NCBI RefSeq assembly: GCF_006345805.1
Contig: NC_043005.1
Span: forward strand, 72,726,001 to 72,790,000
From: Octopus sinensis
Lineage: Eukaryota
DNA: 64,000 nucleotides
Reading direction: 5' to 3'
The notes under the pieces are model-generated. The model saw only the letters and a list, made by a program, of their open reading frames with translations, searched no databases and was not told the DNA's origin. Positions 25,901-39,900 of this stretch are shown here, in pieces; position 1 is the stretch's first letter; each line of letters opens with the position of its first letter. The position numbers and the translations under genes are program-made.

Positions 25901-27104
25901 CATATATACACATACATATATGCATTAACACACATGCACACACATATATGTACCTGTGTATACTAACGTTTATGTGCATGCGTGTATACATATAGGTATG
26001 TATGTATAGGCCTAAGCTTTTATATGTAGTGTGTATGTCTGCCTCTATTGAATCTTCCATTATCTTACAGTTGTAAAAACAGTGCAAAAGGTTAAGCCAT
26101 AAATCTAAAACATTGAATGCAGTGTTACACCTTGTCTGACCCCATAAGATCAAAGAGTTTCAGCTTTAATAGTCCAGTTGTTTTAAGTGTTTTTAATAAT
26201 CGTAATATGGTTGCTCGATTCTGTCAGTATTTCCTTCCATCAATAACTTTCAGTAACATATTTCACGATGAGAGAGCAAAGAAGAAGAATTATGAAGAAC
26301 AATTATGTGGATAAAATTGTTCAGAGAAAGGCAGAAAGTAAGTCTGCATTGAATATAGTGAGAAACATCTGAAAACTGTTCTCCCAAGATTATTGATTTG
26401 TCCAACAGAATTTCTTTTGATTATATTTGGTCAAATCTCAGTTGCTTTTATTTATTTAGTCTGTCGAAGAATACCACAGCCCAAAGCAAGCTATTTTCTG
26501 TTTTGTTTGTTCGTATTTGTTGTAGTTCTCGTTTTGCTAAATTGGAAAATAATTGGCTGTGGTTTAATATAGTTTATGTTCAATTGAAAATAGGTTTACA
26601 TAGGGCTTTAGGGGAGAGGGATTAAGATAGAAGTAATAATATGTAGGTGTTGTTAATGTAATAAATGCTGAGTTTGAAACGCTGAAGTGCTAGGGTTAGA
26701 ATAAGCACAGGTAAAAGGGTCAGTATATGTGAAAGCAGATTTAGTACATTTAAGTGCAGGTAAGGGAAAATAAGTGCAGTATTTGTACAGAGTTGATATA
26801 ATTAAGTGTAATGTTGGTACAGCAATAGAGCAAGTAAATGCATGTAAATGCATACAAATACATGTAAATGTCTAGCCTGAGGATGCTGCATGTCATTATA
26901 TGCAGAGACAAGGTTAGGGAATTGATTGCATTGGACTGCCCATGTTCAGTCCATTGCAGGATGAGGGCCTCAACGTTTTTCCTCCACCAGTCTCAGTTTG
27001 ATGTGGAAATCATGAATTTGAGCCTGTGATGATGTTGTTTTGATGAGCCTACTCTCCTCACTGGCTTGACATGGCTTGGCAGAGAGATGCAGTTTTTATA
27101 CTCT

Positions 27105-27472
27105 TACCCAGGAGTAGTTGAGTCAATTACACCAAACCCAGTGCTTAACTGGTCCTTGTTTTATCAACCCTGAAAAGATGAAAGGCAAAGTCAACCTCAA
27201 CAGAATTTGAATACAGAAACATTAAGGCAGGCAAAATACCTATTTTTTACTACCCACAAGGGGATAAACACAGAGAGGACAAACAAGGACAGACAAATGG
27301 ATTAAGTCGATTAAATTGACCCCAGTGCATAACTGGTACTTAATTTATTGACCCCGAAAGGATGAAAGGCAAAGTCGACCTTGGCGGAATTTGAACTCAG
27401 AATGTAACAGCAGATGAAATACGGCTACACATTTCACCCGGCGTGCTAACGTTTCTGCCAGCTCACCGCCTG
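27105..27472 (-). mobile_element. SINE family B dimer
   Basis: Same units; head ends ..tttctgccagctcaccgcc. Confidence 0.88.
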
Positions 27473-27926
27473 TCGAGATAAGGATAGTTAAGGTTAATAC
27501 AGAACCATTAAAATGTCAAGAAAAATACCTTGCACCATTTTCTGCTCAGTCTTTATATTTTGGGTTCAAATCCTACTGAAGTTATTTTTACCTTTCATCC
27601 CTCCAAGGTTGATAAAATAAGAGCTGGTCAAGTACTAGGATCCGTGGCATTGACTAATCTCCCCAAAGCTGCTGGTCTTTTTCTTAAATTAGAAACAATT
27701 ATTGCTTCCCTTCATCAGACAATTCATGGCAAATTAAAGAAATTATGATCACCATCATTCTTGTTATTAAATACAGAGTTCAAATTCCACTGAGGTTGGC
27801 TTTGCCTTTCATCTTTTAAGGGTTGATAAATTAAGTACCACTTGCATACTGGGGTCAATATAACCGACTGTCCCTGTTTCCTAAGTTTCAGGCCTTGTGC
27901 CTATAATAGAAAGGATTATTAAAGAG

Positions 27927-27984
<58 letters not shown>

Positions 27985-28342
27985 CATCATCCTTAAGATG
28001 ATGAGCTGGCAGAATTGTTAGCATGTAGAACAAAATGCTTTGCAGTATTTCTTCTGTGTTCTGTGAACATTCTGAGTTCAAATTCTACCAAGGTTGACAT
28101 TGCATTTCATCATTATGGGAAAAATAAAATAATAATTAGTTGAACACTGGGGCTGATGTAATTGAGAAACCCTTCCTACAAAAATTTCAGGTTTTGTGCC
28201 TATATTAGAAAGAATCATTTCTTATATAATTATAATTGTTATTATAATAATTATAATTATCATTACTATTATCAGTAGTAGTAGTAGTAGTAGTAGTGGT
28301 CGTAGTTATCGTAGCAGCAGTAGCAGTATTAGTAGTTGTTGT

Positions 28343-29178
28343 AAGGATTTATTTAGTTTGGTTGCCAGCATTTCAAAAATTAAAGTTTAGCGAAAATTTT
28401 AAAATTTGGCACATTAATATACATTTCCAAGCTGAATTGCTGGAGTTATTTCACTTTTTCAGAAAAATGCTTTTTAAAGGTTATAGAGGTTTAAAGTTTG
28501 GTCATTTTCACCCAGCCAGGAAACAGGATTTGGTAGCTGTCAGTTTGTGCATAACTGCACATATTGTCTACATCTTGAAAATAGCACATGTTGTCAAGAA
28601 AGAGAAAACAATGTCTTTTGTAGTTTTAAGCATTGCAATAGCACGAACTTAAAAGATTTATCCAAAAAGGTTATTTAGCTGTTATTTTTAGCACACCTGG
28701 CAATCAGAAACAAGTAAGCAACCCATATATTGTAGTTTTAAGTATTCAATATGCATTTAATGTGATAACACGAATTTAAAAGATTTATCCAAAAAAATAG
28801 CACATTACAAATTGAATATTTTTAAAAAACAAAAATTTTGTTGACATTTTGTTCATAAACTCACGTGCCCCATTGCTAACAGATAGGTAAAACAAGTGGT
28901 TTCAATGTATTTGTCAACACATGCTTTCATGCAGACAAAAAAGTTCTTATGTTCTGCTTGTTACTATGGAAACAGACATGAATGCATCTATGGCTTTCGA
29001 TTGGCTAAAATTACCCAGAATTTTCAAACTTTAATTGCTAATAACTCTTTATTTATTGATTTTTAGCGAAAATGATTTTTGACGTCATCCATTAGCCTAT
29101 AAAAGTGTACCATTACACTGAAAACGAAATCAATTCAAACAGAATTAATACTGGTAGCCAAAGTGAATAGATCTTGTA
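28343..29178. mobile_element. Putative MITE with degenerate ~30 bp terminal inverted repeats
   Basis: aaggatttatttagtttggttgccagcatt versus aatactggtagccaaagtgaatagatctt; non-coding AT-rich interior. Confidence 0.45.
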
Positions 29179-29589
29179 GTAGTGCTATGGTGACTCATAA
29201 TTTTTCATTTTTCATTATTCCTTGGGTTTCTTAGTTATGACATCTACTTCATCCATTTATATATTTTTCTGTTTGTATACCTTGCCTTATTGCAAAACTG
29301 ACCCATTGTTGCACTGGGCATCTCATTATTTTAGCTACTATTGGTCCCTTTTTTTATTATTTAAATATCTTCAGAACATCGTCATTGAAGAAAATATTTT
29401 TTATTAATATGACATCACTTGTTTTAGAAAAATGAGAAAGAGATGAAAAGATGAGGGCAGGATAAGAGACAGGATGAGATTCAAAATGACATTCTCCCCT
29501 TCCAGCTAAAAAAAAGTATCAGATAAGAGAAAAAAATATGTGATATTTTCCCTGATTCAGCTGAAAAGTCTATCAAAGTACTATCATCA

Positions 29590-30140
29590 CAACCATCATC
29601 AGCACCAATGCCTTACCCATCAACACCACTAGCAAAACTAATGTCTGATGTTGAAGGTTGTTGTTGCAACTCTAATATCACAACTACAATCACTACCACC
29701 ACCACTACTACCACCATCACCACTACTACCACCATCACCACTGCAGTTACTTCTACCAACTGCCCCATTACCATCACCACTACCACCACTACCACCTTTA
29801 CAACTAGCACCACCAAAACCACTACCACCACCGCCACTACCTCTACTGCCACCACTATCCCCATCAAGACTACTTCCTCCACTTACACCACCACCATTAA
29901 CATCACCATCTACCACCACCATCTACTATCACCACTATCACTAGCACTACTACTTCCTCCTCTTGTGCCACCACCACTACCATCACCATCCACTACTATC
30001 ACCACAACTATGACTACCATTACCACCACAACTACTTCCTCTACTTGTGCCACCACCATTACCATCACCATCCACCACCACCATCACCACCACCTCTACT
30101 GCCACCACTATCACCACCAACACCACTACCGTTATAGTAA
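29590..30140. repeat. Cryptic (CAC/ACC/CAT)n low-complexity tract
   Basis: Seen directly; the Thr/Pro/His-rich ORFs are read-throughs. Confidence 0.9.
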
Positions 30141-30670
30141 TTTAACAATAAAAACAAAAAAGACTACTACTGTAAATAACAACAATAACAGCAAACCAAA
30201 GAACACCCTATGCAATAAAAGGGTAAGGCAGTGCCAAGAGTAGGGTGAGAAGAATATGATGGGATCTGGCCGAAGAAGAGCCATGGAAGAGAAGGACCTG
30301 AAGCTTAGAATAATGTGAAAACCCCAAGACATTTTCATGATTTATGGCCTGGTCATGTGTGGAGGCATGTGTTGTTGCAGTGTGTTGCTGCATCCTACCA
30401 TTTGTCTGTGAGTCCCTCTTCCTGGCAGATGACACCTTTGTACCTATTCTTATTTCCTTACTGCTCATAGGGGGCTAAACATAGTTTCTGTCAATCAAAT
30501 TCACTCGCAAGGCTTTGATCAGCTTGAGGCTATAGTAGAAAGACATTTGCCCAAGGTGCCGTGCTGGGGGACTGAGCCAAAAACCATAGGGCTGGGAAAC
30601 AAGCTTCTTACCACACAACAATGCCTGCACCTATATATATGTGCGTGTATGTGTGTGTGCATGTGTGTAC

Positions 30671-30747
<77 letters not shown>

Positions 30748-32013
30748 GTCCCTTATGTTATATATATATATATATAAACAATAATAATAATAATAGTAAT
30801 AATGATGATAATAATAAAGGGTAAAATTAATTAATCAATTAATAATTTTCCCAAGAAGTTCAGTATGTTAAAAGAACCGTTATCGGTAAATTTAAGAAAA
30901 TTTTCTTATCGTAGAGAAATAGCTAGTTTTAGCTGGTATTTCTAAAGTTTGGTATGTGGTGAAGCAAATTTTTTGCTGAACCCTAATTATAATTATACTC
31001 ATAATTATAAAAAATTTTTGTTCATATATGTATGTATGTATGTATATATATAGTGAGAATTTTCAAAAAAGCAAAAGACAAAGACGGGTGTGTAAACAAC
31101 AAACAGATGTATTTATTAGTTTAATATATATATATATATATATAGTTCAAATTTACAGCAAACAAAACACGAAGACAGGTGTATGAACAACCAGCAGGTG
31201 TAATAGTTTACCACTCAGGAAGAATGGAAAAGTCTTTTAAGTTTTGAACCTACACTCTCTGACAGAAAGGATTAAGAGGGAAAAATGGGGAGAGAATGGA
31301 AACAACATATGTATGTATGTATGAAAGCAAAATATGTATGTGTGTAGGTATAAAAGATAATTTGGCCCCTAGATGTACGAGAACCCTGGGTGACTGTTTA
31401 GTGCACCCATGCATTAAGATAGCACAGGATGGAAATTTTCTGGGAGAAGACAAAAAAAACAAAAACAAAAAAAAAAACTACTTTCTTTTCAGGAGGTGGG
31501 GGTTCAAAGACCAGCATTATTCTTTGTCAAGTTTCTTCTTTGTCTAATATGGTTGTTACTAAGAACTGCAGAAGGTAAATGGAATAAAACTTTTAAAATG
31601 TGCCTATGGTGATGATGATGATTATGGTGGTAGTGGTAGTGGTGGTGGAGAATGATGCTGATGCTGCTGCTGCTGCTGATTATGATGATGATGATGACGA
31701 TGATGATAAAACATCAAGCAAATGAAATATGTGATAATCTATTTTTTATGACAACAGGACTTGTAAGGAATACTAAGTCTCACAGTGTGTGTGATCTATA
31801 TATTTACAACAAAGATACACACACACACATACACTTACACACATACAAATACACACATGCACATGCACACATACACACGTACACATGCACATACACACAC
31901 ACAAATACACACATACACACAAACACATACACACATGCACACACACATACACATGCACAAAAGCACATGCAAGCACACACACATGCACAAATATACTGGC
32001 ACATTCCTATGTG

Positions 32014-32046
<33 letters not shown>

Positions 32047-32927
32047 ATATGCATATGTGAGTGTATATATATATATATATATATAGATAGATAGATAGAT
32101 GTGTGTGTGTGTGTTACATCTGACAAAGACATGTTATAGTTCCTTTAAAGTACATATTAATGTCCAGCACTTTGCTGGTACGCAAAAATCCTTTGATGTG
32201 GCTTGAGCAACATCAACACACTCTATAAATGTCAATAATTTAATCTGAAGTCAACAGGGGATATTTCGATAAATATAGAAATACAATTATGACTAACAAC
32301 AACTTTTGAACACAGTCTAACATATGACTGAGTAGTGTTTTTCAGAACTGGTTTTGTGTTGACGGGTCAGACGAGGTCGCTGGTTCTTTTGCCAATAACA
32401 TCATATCAATGATGATGCCTGTTATTGCTGTTGATTTTTTGTGGTTGTTTTATTGTTGCTACTGTTGTTATTTAGCCCCAGGTAAGCCCTGATTGAGAAG
32501 ACGTATGGTCAAGAATATTCCGGCTAGGACCATCCTGTTTTGATTTGGGTTATGTCTGTTGACTTTCTTATCACTTTGACAAATGACGGTTCAGTAAGAC
32601 ACAGCTGCCTTGAAGGTAGTCGAGATGGAATGCGTTTAGTAAGAGAATAAAGTGTGCGGTACTTATGAAGCTCTCTGTATATATAGAGAGGCCAAGAAAG
32701 GTTGTGGAGGCATAAATTGGAAAGTATTGATAAATGTTTTAGAATTGTGCTCCAGAACTTGTAGTTTCTATTCAGAAAACCACAGATTTTAAGAACAGTG
32801 GTTTTTAACCCCACTTTTTTTTCATAACATCCCAATGCCTAGGACCCACCTGAGTGGTGAGTGAGGTATCACGACTAAACTACCTTAACATAGATCATAA
32901 TTTATAAATTTTACTCTAAAAATGGAT

Positions 32928-33322
32928 TACTCTTTTACTTGTTTCAGTCATTTGACTGTGACCATGCTGGAGCACCACATTTAGTCGAGCAAATCGACCC
33001 CGGAACTTATTCTTTGTAAGTCTAGTACTTATTCTATTGGTCTCTTTTGCCAAACCACTAAGTTATGGGAATGCAAATACACCAGCATTGGTTGTCAAAC
33101 GATGTTGGGGGGACAAACACAGACACACAAACACACACACACACACACACATATACATACATACGATAGGCTTCTTTCAGTTTCTGTCTACCAAATCCAC
33201 TCACAAGACTTTGGTCAGCTCGAGGCTATAGTAGAAGACACATGCCCAAGGTGCCATGCAGTGGGACTGAACCTGGAACCATGTGATTCGTAAGCAAGCT
33301 ACTTACCACACAGCGACTCCTA
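32928..33322 (-). mobile_element. SINE family A, full length
   Basis: Reverse complement of 9541-9950. Confidence 0.9.
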
Positions 33323-34519
33323 TGCCTTTTAACAGTGAAATGACAAGAAAATATTAATCAAGACTAAAGTCATTAATTTACTTTATACATTGCAAGTTAA
33401 TGATTTCCCTGACCCTAATGGGATCCCATTTCATTTTAATAACTATAACCAGTTATATCAATTATAATATAATTACCACTATAGTTAAAATTTAGTCTGT
33501 TAATTATGTTACCTTGCCAACCCCTCAGCAACCCCCAAAGCCTAATGCCCCATTCAACTTGCCCAGCACCTCCTTCAAGGGTGCTTGCACCCACGTGTGT
33601 ACCCACGTTGATTCCGTTATGCTTGAAAACCTGGAAGAAATTTTGCTGGTCAGCTGTTTTAGGTTGTTTTTCTTGGTTGTGTATTTTTCTTCTGTCAAGA
33701 ATGAAGATATTTTTTAACTTTTTTTTGTTTTAATCATTAGACTGTGGCCATGCTGGAGTACCACCTTGAAGGATTATAGTTGAACAAATGACCCCCCCCC
33801 CAGTACTTGTTGGTTTGTTCTTAAGTCTAGTCCCATTTGCTAAACTACAAAGTTATGGGGATGTAAACACACCAATGCCGGTTGTCAAGTAATGGTGGGG
33901 AATGAACATGGATGCAAATACACACATGCACATATATACACATACACATGTATGTGAGCACACACACATGCACATACATAAGTGCACACACACACACACA
34001 CTGAATAGATTATTTGTATTTGAAGTTTTCTGGCATTATTGGTGAGAATGAGGACGGTAGATTTGTTAAGTGTTACTTTAATGTAATACAAAGAAATACA
34101 TACACACAAATACTCACACACATGCACACACAAACATACATACACATACACATGTATCTGTGCACATACACATGCACACACATGCACACACGCACACACA
34201 CAGAGACACACACAGAGATACACATACAGACACACACACTGAATAGTTTTTTGCATTTGATGTTCTCTGGTGTTATTGGTGTGAATAAGGACAGTAGATT
34301 TGTTAAGTGTTATACACATGCACACACACACACACACAGAGGCTTCTTTCAAGTTTCCATCTACCAAATTCACTCACAAGTCTTTGGTAAACCTGAGGCT
34401 ATAGTAGAAGATACTTGCTTAAGATGCCACACAGCAGGACTGAACTTAAAACCATGTGGTTGGGAAGCAAACGTCTTACCACACAGCTTCACCTGTGCTT
34501 ATTGCTGAAAGCTTTTCTA

Positions 34520-35030
34520 ATAATGATGGTATTCAGAAGGGCATGTGTGGGAGGGAGTTTTGCTGTCAATGCCATCTTGGTTATGCCTGTTTGAAGGTGC
34601 ATAGCTTGGTGGTCAGAGTATTCAGTTTCAAAATTATTGCTCTTTGGCAAGCTGCAAAAGGGAAAGCGCTCACATGGCGGCCAGAATAAGCACTTTAAGG
34701 ACACCCTGAAAGCCTCACTGAAAGCCTTCAACATCAACCATGACACTTGAGAGCAGTCTGCCCTAGATAGAGAAGGGTGGTGATCAGCTATCCACAAGGG
34801 TGCCAACACATGTGTGACCAATGGGATCACTGCTGCAGAAGACTGCAGACAAGCCAGGAAGAACAGATCTAACAACCCTGTAGCAGGTGCTACCATTCCC
34901 TTGTCCACACTGTCAAAGACTCTTTCGGGTGCAGGTTGGCCTCAATAGCCATCTGTGGACTCACAAAACAAGCCCACCTCCACCCCAGGATGACTAGATG
35001 GTCTTCGTCACATCGACAGACAAACTACAT
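34520..35030 (+). mobile_element. RTE-BovB-like LINE 3' end
   Basis: GKRSHGGQNKHFKDTLKASLKAFNI..W..CPHCQRLFRVQVGLNSHLWTH (zinc-knuckle-like C-terminus) followed by a 3'UTR. Confidence 0.8.
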
Positions 35031-35445
35031 AAGGTCATGAGTTTGATTCCTGGTGATTCATTGTGTCCTTGAGCAAGGCACTTTATTTCACATTGCTCCA
35101 AGTCCACTCAGCTGGCAAAAATGGTATCTGTATTTCAAAGGGCCAACCTTGTCACGTTCTGCATCATGCTTAATCTCCCTGTAAACTGCATTAAGGGTAC
35201 TCATGTCTATGGAGTACTCAGCCACTTGCATGTCATTTTCATGAGCCGGCTGTTCTGTTGATCAGATCAACTCATCATCATAATTAACTCATCGTTATAA
35301 TTAACTGAGTGTCAGTAATGCCTGTGTTAACTTTCTGAGTGGCATGATGGCTAGTTGCTATGATAAGTTGAAAGCCTATATAAAGTTACTTGAACTGTAA
35401 GAAATTGTAGCCAAATCTTCCTCAAATATTATTTATCCATCGTTA

Positions 35446-36093
35446 CCTAGTTGCATCGATTGTAGAGGTGGATGATGGAGGCGTCCTTGAAGACTTGAGG
35501 CACTGTCTCATGCTTCCAGATGAGCTGAAACAGCTGGTGAATTTTCCTGGTCAGGGCCATACCGCCTTCTTTGAATATTTCAGCTGGGATGGAGTCCGGA
35601 CCAGATGCTTTGTCACTGGACAGTAGGAGGCATGCTTTCTGAATTTCCTCCAAAGTTGGTTCGATGTCCATTGACTCCTCAATGGGGACTTGAAGTCACC
35701 GTTCAAGAATTTGGACCATTTCCAGCGACTTTGAGGGCCACCACCCAGTGGTGTCAGGCATCAACGAAAAGCCCTTGATTACAACAAGATGACCAAAGAT
35801 TTTTTTTTCCAAGGTCTGAGGTCTCCTGCCCCTAAGTTCTGGACCATCACCTAATCACCCTTACCCGTCTTGTTGCTTAACAACAACCAGACAAGCCAGG
35901 AAGAACAGAGCTAACAACCGTGTAGCAGGCACTACCATTCCCTGTTCACATTGTCAAAGACTCTTTCGGGTACAGATTGGCCTCACTAACCATCTGCGGA
36001 CTCACAAAACAAGCCCACCCCCACCCCAGGATGACTAGATGGTCTTCGTCATATCGAAGGACAAACTACACACACACACCTAGTTGCATCGAT
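35446..36093 (+). mobile_element. RTE-BovB-like insertion with inverted 5' segment and 15-16 bp TSD
   Basis: TSD cctagttgcatcgat at 35446-35460 and 36079-36093; minus-strand RT start (PTLEEIQKA..KASGPDSIPAEIFKEGG..DASIIHLY) at 35461-35760; plus-strand 3' end at ~35885-36078 with a (CA)n tail. Confidence 0.8.
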
Positions 36094-36375
36094 GGGTCCC
36101 GAGGCCAATTACTTGATATCAATGACGAGGCTTATTGCTGCTCAGCTCTGACTCAGCAATGATCCAGCCATTATCATCAAGATTTCTCAACTAATGCATC
36201 CACTCTCGACCATCACCACTGGGTCTTTGTTTTCGGTCATGCACAGCAAGTTCACTGTGTTAGTTCTTGATGTTGTCAAACCAGGATTTTCTCTGTCTCT
36301 CTTTTGCCCTCTCTCAACTGTGCCCTGAAAATGGTTTTGGCCAGGCAGTTGTGGCAACAATGATCTCGTACATCT
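36094..36375 (-). mobile_element. Old RTE-like LINE 3' fragment
   Basis: Minus-strand HNCLAKTIFRAQLREGKRE resembles HDSLxKTILQGxxEGxR; many stops. Confidence 0.45.
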
Positions 36376-37229
36376 ATAATAAAAGACATTCCAGTTATGG
36401 CCATCCCGCCTTTATACAAATAGACCGGGCGTTGTGAGTGTTTATTGAGCGAAAACACCTAAAGGGTCCATGAGGCTCCAGCAGGGGGTGGTGGTCACAG
36501 CTTTCTCTCACTCTTTCTTCTGTTGCCCTGCTCATGTAGCCAGCGGGGTGGCATCATTTGAAGGCTAAAACAAAGGCAAAGCATATTGTGACCAGCGATG
36601 TGTAGCAACATATGATAGCCTGGCCGGTCACTGTGATCATGGTGGTATATATATATATATATATATATAGGACTTCTTTTAGTTTACATCTACCAAATCC
36701 ACTCATAAGGCTTATGGTAGAAAATGCCCAAGTTTTCACAGTGAAACTGAACCTGAAACTTTGTGATTGGAGAGTAAACTTCTTAACACACAGCCATGCC
36801 TGTATATATATATATATAAATATATATATATAAATATGAATATATATATATATATATATATATATTTTCTAAAGATGTTAGGGTTATGATCTGGAAGTAG
36901 AATTGGTTGCTGATGCAAGAAGTGGTGGTGGAGGTGGTGGCGGCGGCAGTGGTGGTGGTGATGGTCATCGTCGTCATGAAGGTGAAGGTGGTGGTGGTGG
37001 AAGAGGGCATAAATTCATTATTATTAATCTTTTTTTATACATTTTAATTACATCCCACCCTATCTTCTTTCAGCTCCACCAAAGTCCTACTCTCCATCAC
37101 CACAACTTATAAATCATGCCGTTTTAATAGGATCTTTTATATCATATAATATGAAAATAGATCTGTGAGCAGTTTCTTGCCAACTTACATCATCATAATC
37201 AACATTCTCATCCTCATCATCATCATCAT

Positions 37230-37286
37230 CAGTTTTGCCATAACTTTTTCTCTCATTTTTCTTTCAGCCATTTTACTTCACCTTCT

Positions 37287-37325
<39 letters not shown>

Positions 37326-37395
37326 TCTTTCCACTTTTCTCTCTTACTCTCTCTCTCCCTTTCTCTTCATCTCTTCACTCAAGCCCTTTACTTTT

Positions 37396-37430
<35 letters not shown>

Positions 37431-38545
37431 TTCTTTCCCTTTTTCTCTCTTACTCTCTCTCCCTTTCTCTTCATCTCTTCTCTCAAGCCTTTTGCACTTT
37501 GTCTCTCTTTCTCTTGCTTTCTTTTCTTTTTTGTCTCTTACTCTCTCTCTCTCTCTCTCTCCCTTTCTCTTCATCCCTTCTCTCTACCCCTTTTCTCTCT
37601 CTCTGTCTATACGTCTCTCTCACTCTCTCTACTTATTTACTTCTCCCTTCCTCCCTGCCATGCTCTCTCTGTCTCTCTAAACCACATGCCTTTATATCTA
37701 CACCTCTCCTTATCTCTAATTATTTCTTTCTCTATCTCTCCCCTCTCCCTCTCTCTCTCCTTCTCCATCTTTCTTCCTCTCTCACTGTATTACCCTCTCA
37801 ATCCCTACACTTCCCTACCCCCAATCCTTGCACTACCTCTAACATTCTCACCCTATCTTACCTTTGGTCTTTCTCACTCTCCCCCTCTCTCTCTCTCTCT
37901 CTCTCTGCCTTGCTCTGTCTGTCTCTCTCTTTCTCCCTTTCCTCTTCACATTAAGAAAGTCATGCCATAAAGTCCATACACATACACACAATAATCTCTC
38001 CCCTTCTCTCTTCCTCCCTCTGTCTCCCTTCTTCCCTCTATCTCTCTTCCTCTCTCTGTCTCGCTTCTTCCATCTCTCTTCCTCTCTCTGTCTCTCTTCT
38101 TCCTCACTGTCTCTCTTCTTCCCTCTGTCTCTCTTTCTCTCTCCTTCCCTCCATCTTTCTTCCTCTCTGTCTCTCTTCTTCCCTCCATCTCTCTTCCTCT
38201 CTGTCTCTCTTCTTCCCTCCATCTCTCTTCTTCTCTTTGTCTCTCTTCTTCCCTCTGTTTCTCTTTCTCTCTCCTCCCCTCTATCTCTCTTCTTCTCTCT
38301 ATCTCTCTTCCTCTCTCCATCTCCCTCTCTTTCTCTCACTCCATACCTCACTCTCTCTATTACTACATTTTTCTCCACCTTCTCACTCTGCTTCTAACTT
38401 TTTCACCCTATCTTCTTCCCCCCCTGTCACTCTCTTTCTCTCTCTCTCTGTTACCTCTCTCTCTCTTACTTTCCCTCTCTCTATACCTCTCTCTCTTACT
38501 TTTTTCCTCTCTCCCACCTCTCTCTCAGTCTCCCTTTCTTCTCCA
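37230..38545. repeat. ~1.3 kb homopyrimidine (CT)-rich tract with internal repeats
   Basis: Seen directly; includes ~20 bp ctctgtctctcttcttccct units at 38000-38330. Confidence 0.92.
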
Positions 38546-39004
38546 CATTGAAAGCTCACATGTAAAGTCTGTAAACACATGTGTACAATAATCAAATTCC
38601 AGTTTGTCACTTTCAAATATGGCCTGCTTCTTATAATCTTTATCACATTTATTAACGCTAAATATAACTACAATACTCCATACAGCTTATAAATTTAATC
38701 AATTCTCTACAAGAATATATTTTTAACCTTGTTCTTAAAAACAAAAAGAACCAAATTGGGGTTACAACCCCAAGAAAGAACATGCCAACAAAGAACCTTC
38801 TAGAGAGTTAATTGACTCGTTAGAAATAGCAACTAAATATTCCTTGAATTATACTTACTGTGATTGTATGGTTTAGAAGTTTGCTTTGAAGTCATGTGGT
38901 TTTAGGTTTGGTTCATTTTCACTGGGTAGAATCTTTTCGGTAGCATTAAGTTTTGGAATGTCCCCAGAATGGTTTCAGAGACAGAGATGAAAGGTTTAAC
39001 TCCA

Positions 39005-39242
39005 GGTCATTCCTTTATCTCTTTATTGCCCTCAGGGGGCTAAATATAGAGGGAACAAATAAGGACAGACAAAGGGATTAAGTCGATTACATCGACCCCA
39101 GTATGTAACTGGTACTTAATTTATCAACCCCGAAAGGATGAAAGGCAAAGTCTTCCTCGGTGGAATTTGAACTCAGAACATAATGGCAGACGAAATACTG
39201 CTAAGCATTTCACCCGGTGTGCTAACATTTCTGCCAGATCAC
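39005..39242 (-). mobile_element. SINE family B monomer
   Basis: Same consensus as the other B copies. Confidence 0.85.
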
Positions 39243-39559
39243 CTGATTAGGCAAACCTATGATCAAATATATCCTAATCATGATCATCCAGCTTTTACCA
39301 CTAACACAGTCTATGTTGTAGCACATCGACTAATTACTCACCATATTTGTATGATATTGTTCAATCTCCATGCTGTATGGCTTGAAGAATATTCGGTTAC
39401 TATCTTTAGTAGATTGAGTAACCACATTGTAACTCCCTTGTTGAAACCATAGGCGACACACACACACACACACACCTATTCAATTATCTCAATCAATATA
39501 TATATATTTAAGTTTCCACCAATTGCTAGCCTCAGTGGCACTTACAAACCATTCATTTA

Positions 39560-39900
39560 TGTATAGTTTCATATTACCTGCCACACTACAGAACATGAAC
39601 TCCTGTCAAATTCATAGTTCAATGAATACAATATAAAGTTAATTGTTCTCCAACAAGCACTCCAGCAGCTGTCTCATAGAAATCTGTAGTTTCATGCTCT
39701 GATACGGATCCAAATCCAAATTGCATTCTAACCATTATAATTTTCTCCTGAGCTTGCTTTGCTATGATTCTATCTCTATATTGGTTCCTTGTTTCCAGTC
39801 TCTAGTGCATCACCTTTGCAGTTACAGCTGCTGATAAAATTGCAAATACACCAGTTGTACAAGCTAATATCTCCAGCTTTAAAAATAATAACCAGGAAGG
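39560..39900 (-). mobile_element. Degenerate RTE RT fragment
   Basis: KGDALETG, RIIAKQAQEKI..MQFGF, MRQLLE..LYIVFIEL across frameshifts. Confidence 0.55.

Noticed and set aside
26254-26337. 84-nt ag/gtaagt-bounded open segment (TYFTMREQRRRIMKNNYVDKIVQRKAE)
   Set aside because: The neighbouring minus strand shows decayed LINE RT traces (GVRQG at ~26130), and there is no homology or partner exon; kept only as a weak possibility.
29608-30243. Thr/Pro/His-rich mucin-like ORFs (also 61379-62053)
   Set aside because: Open in several frames and on both strands, no splice context; explained by (CAC)n low complexity.
37165-38551. Leu/Ser-rich and Arg/Glu-rich ORFs
   Set aside because: Read-through of the CT/GA tract.
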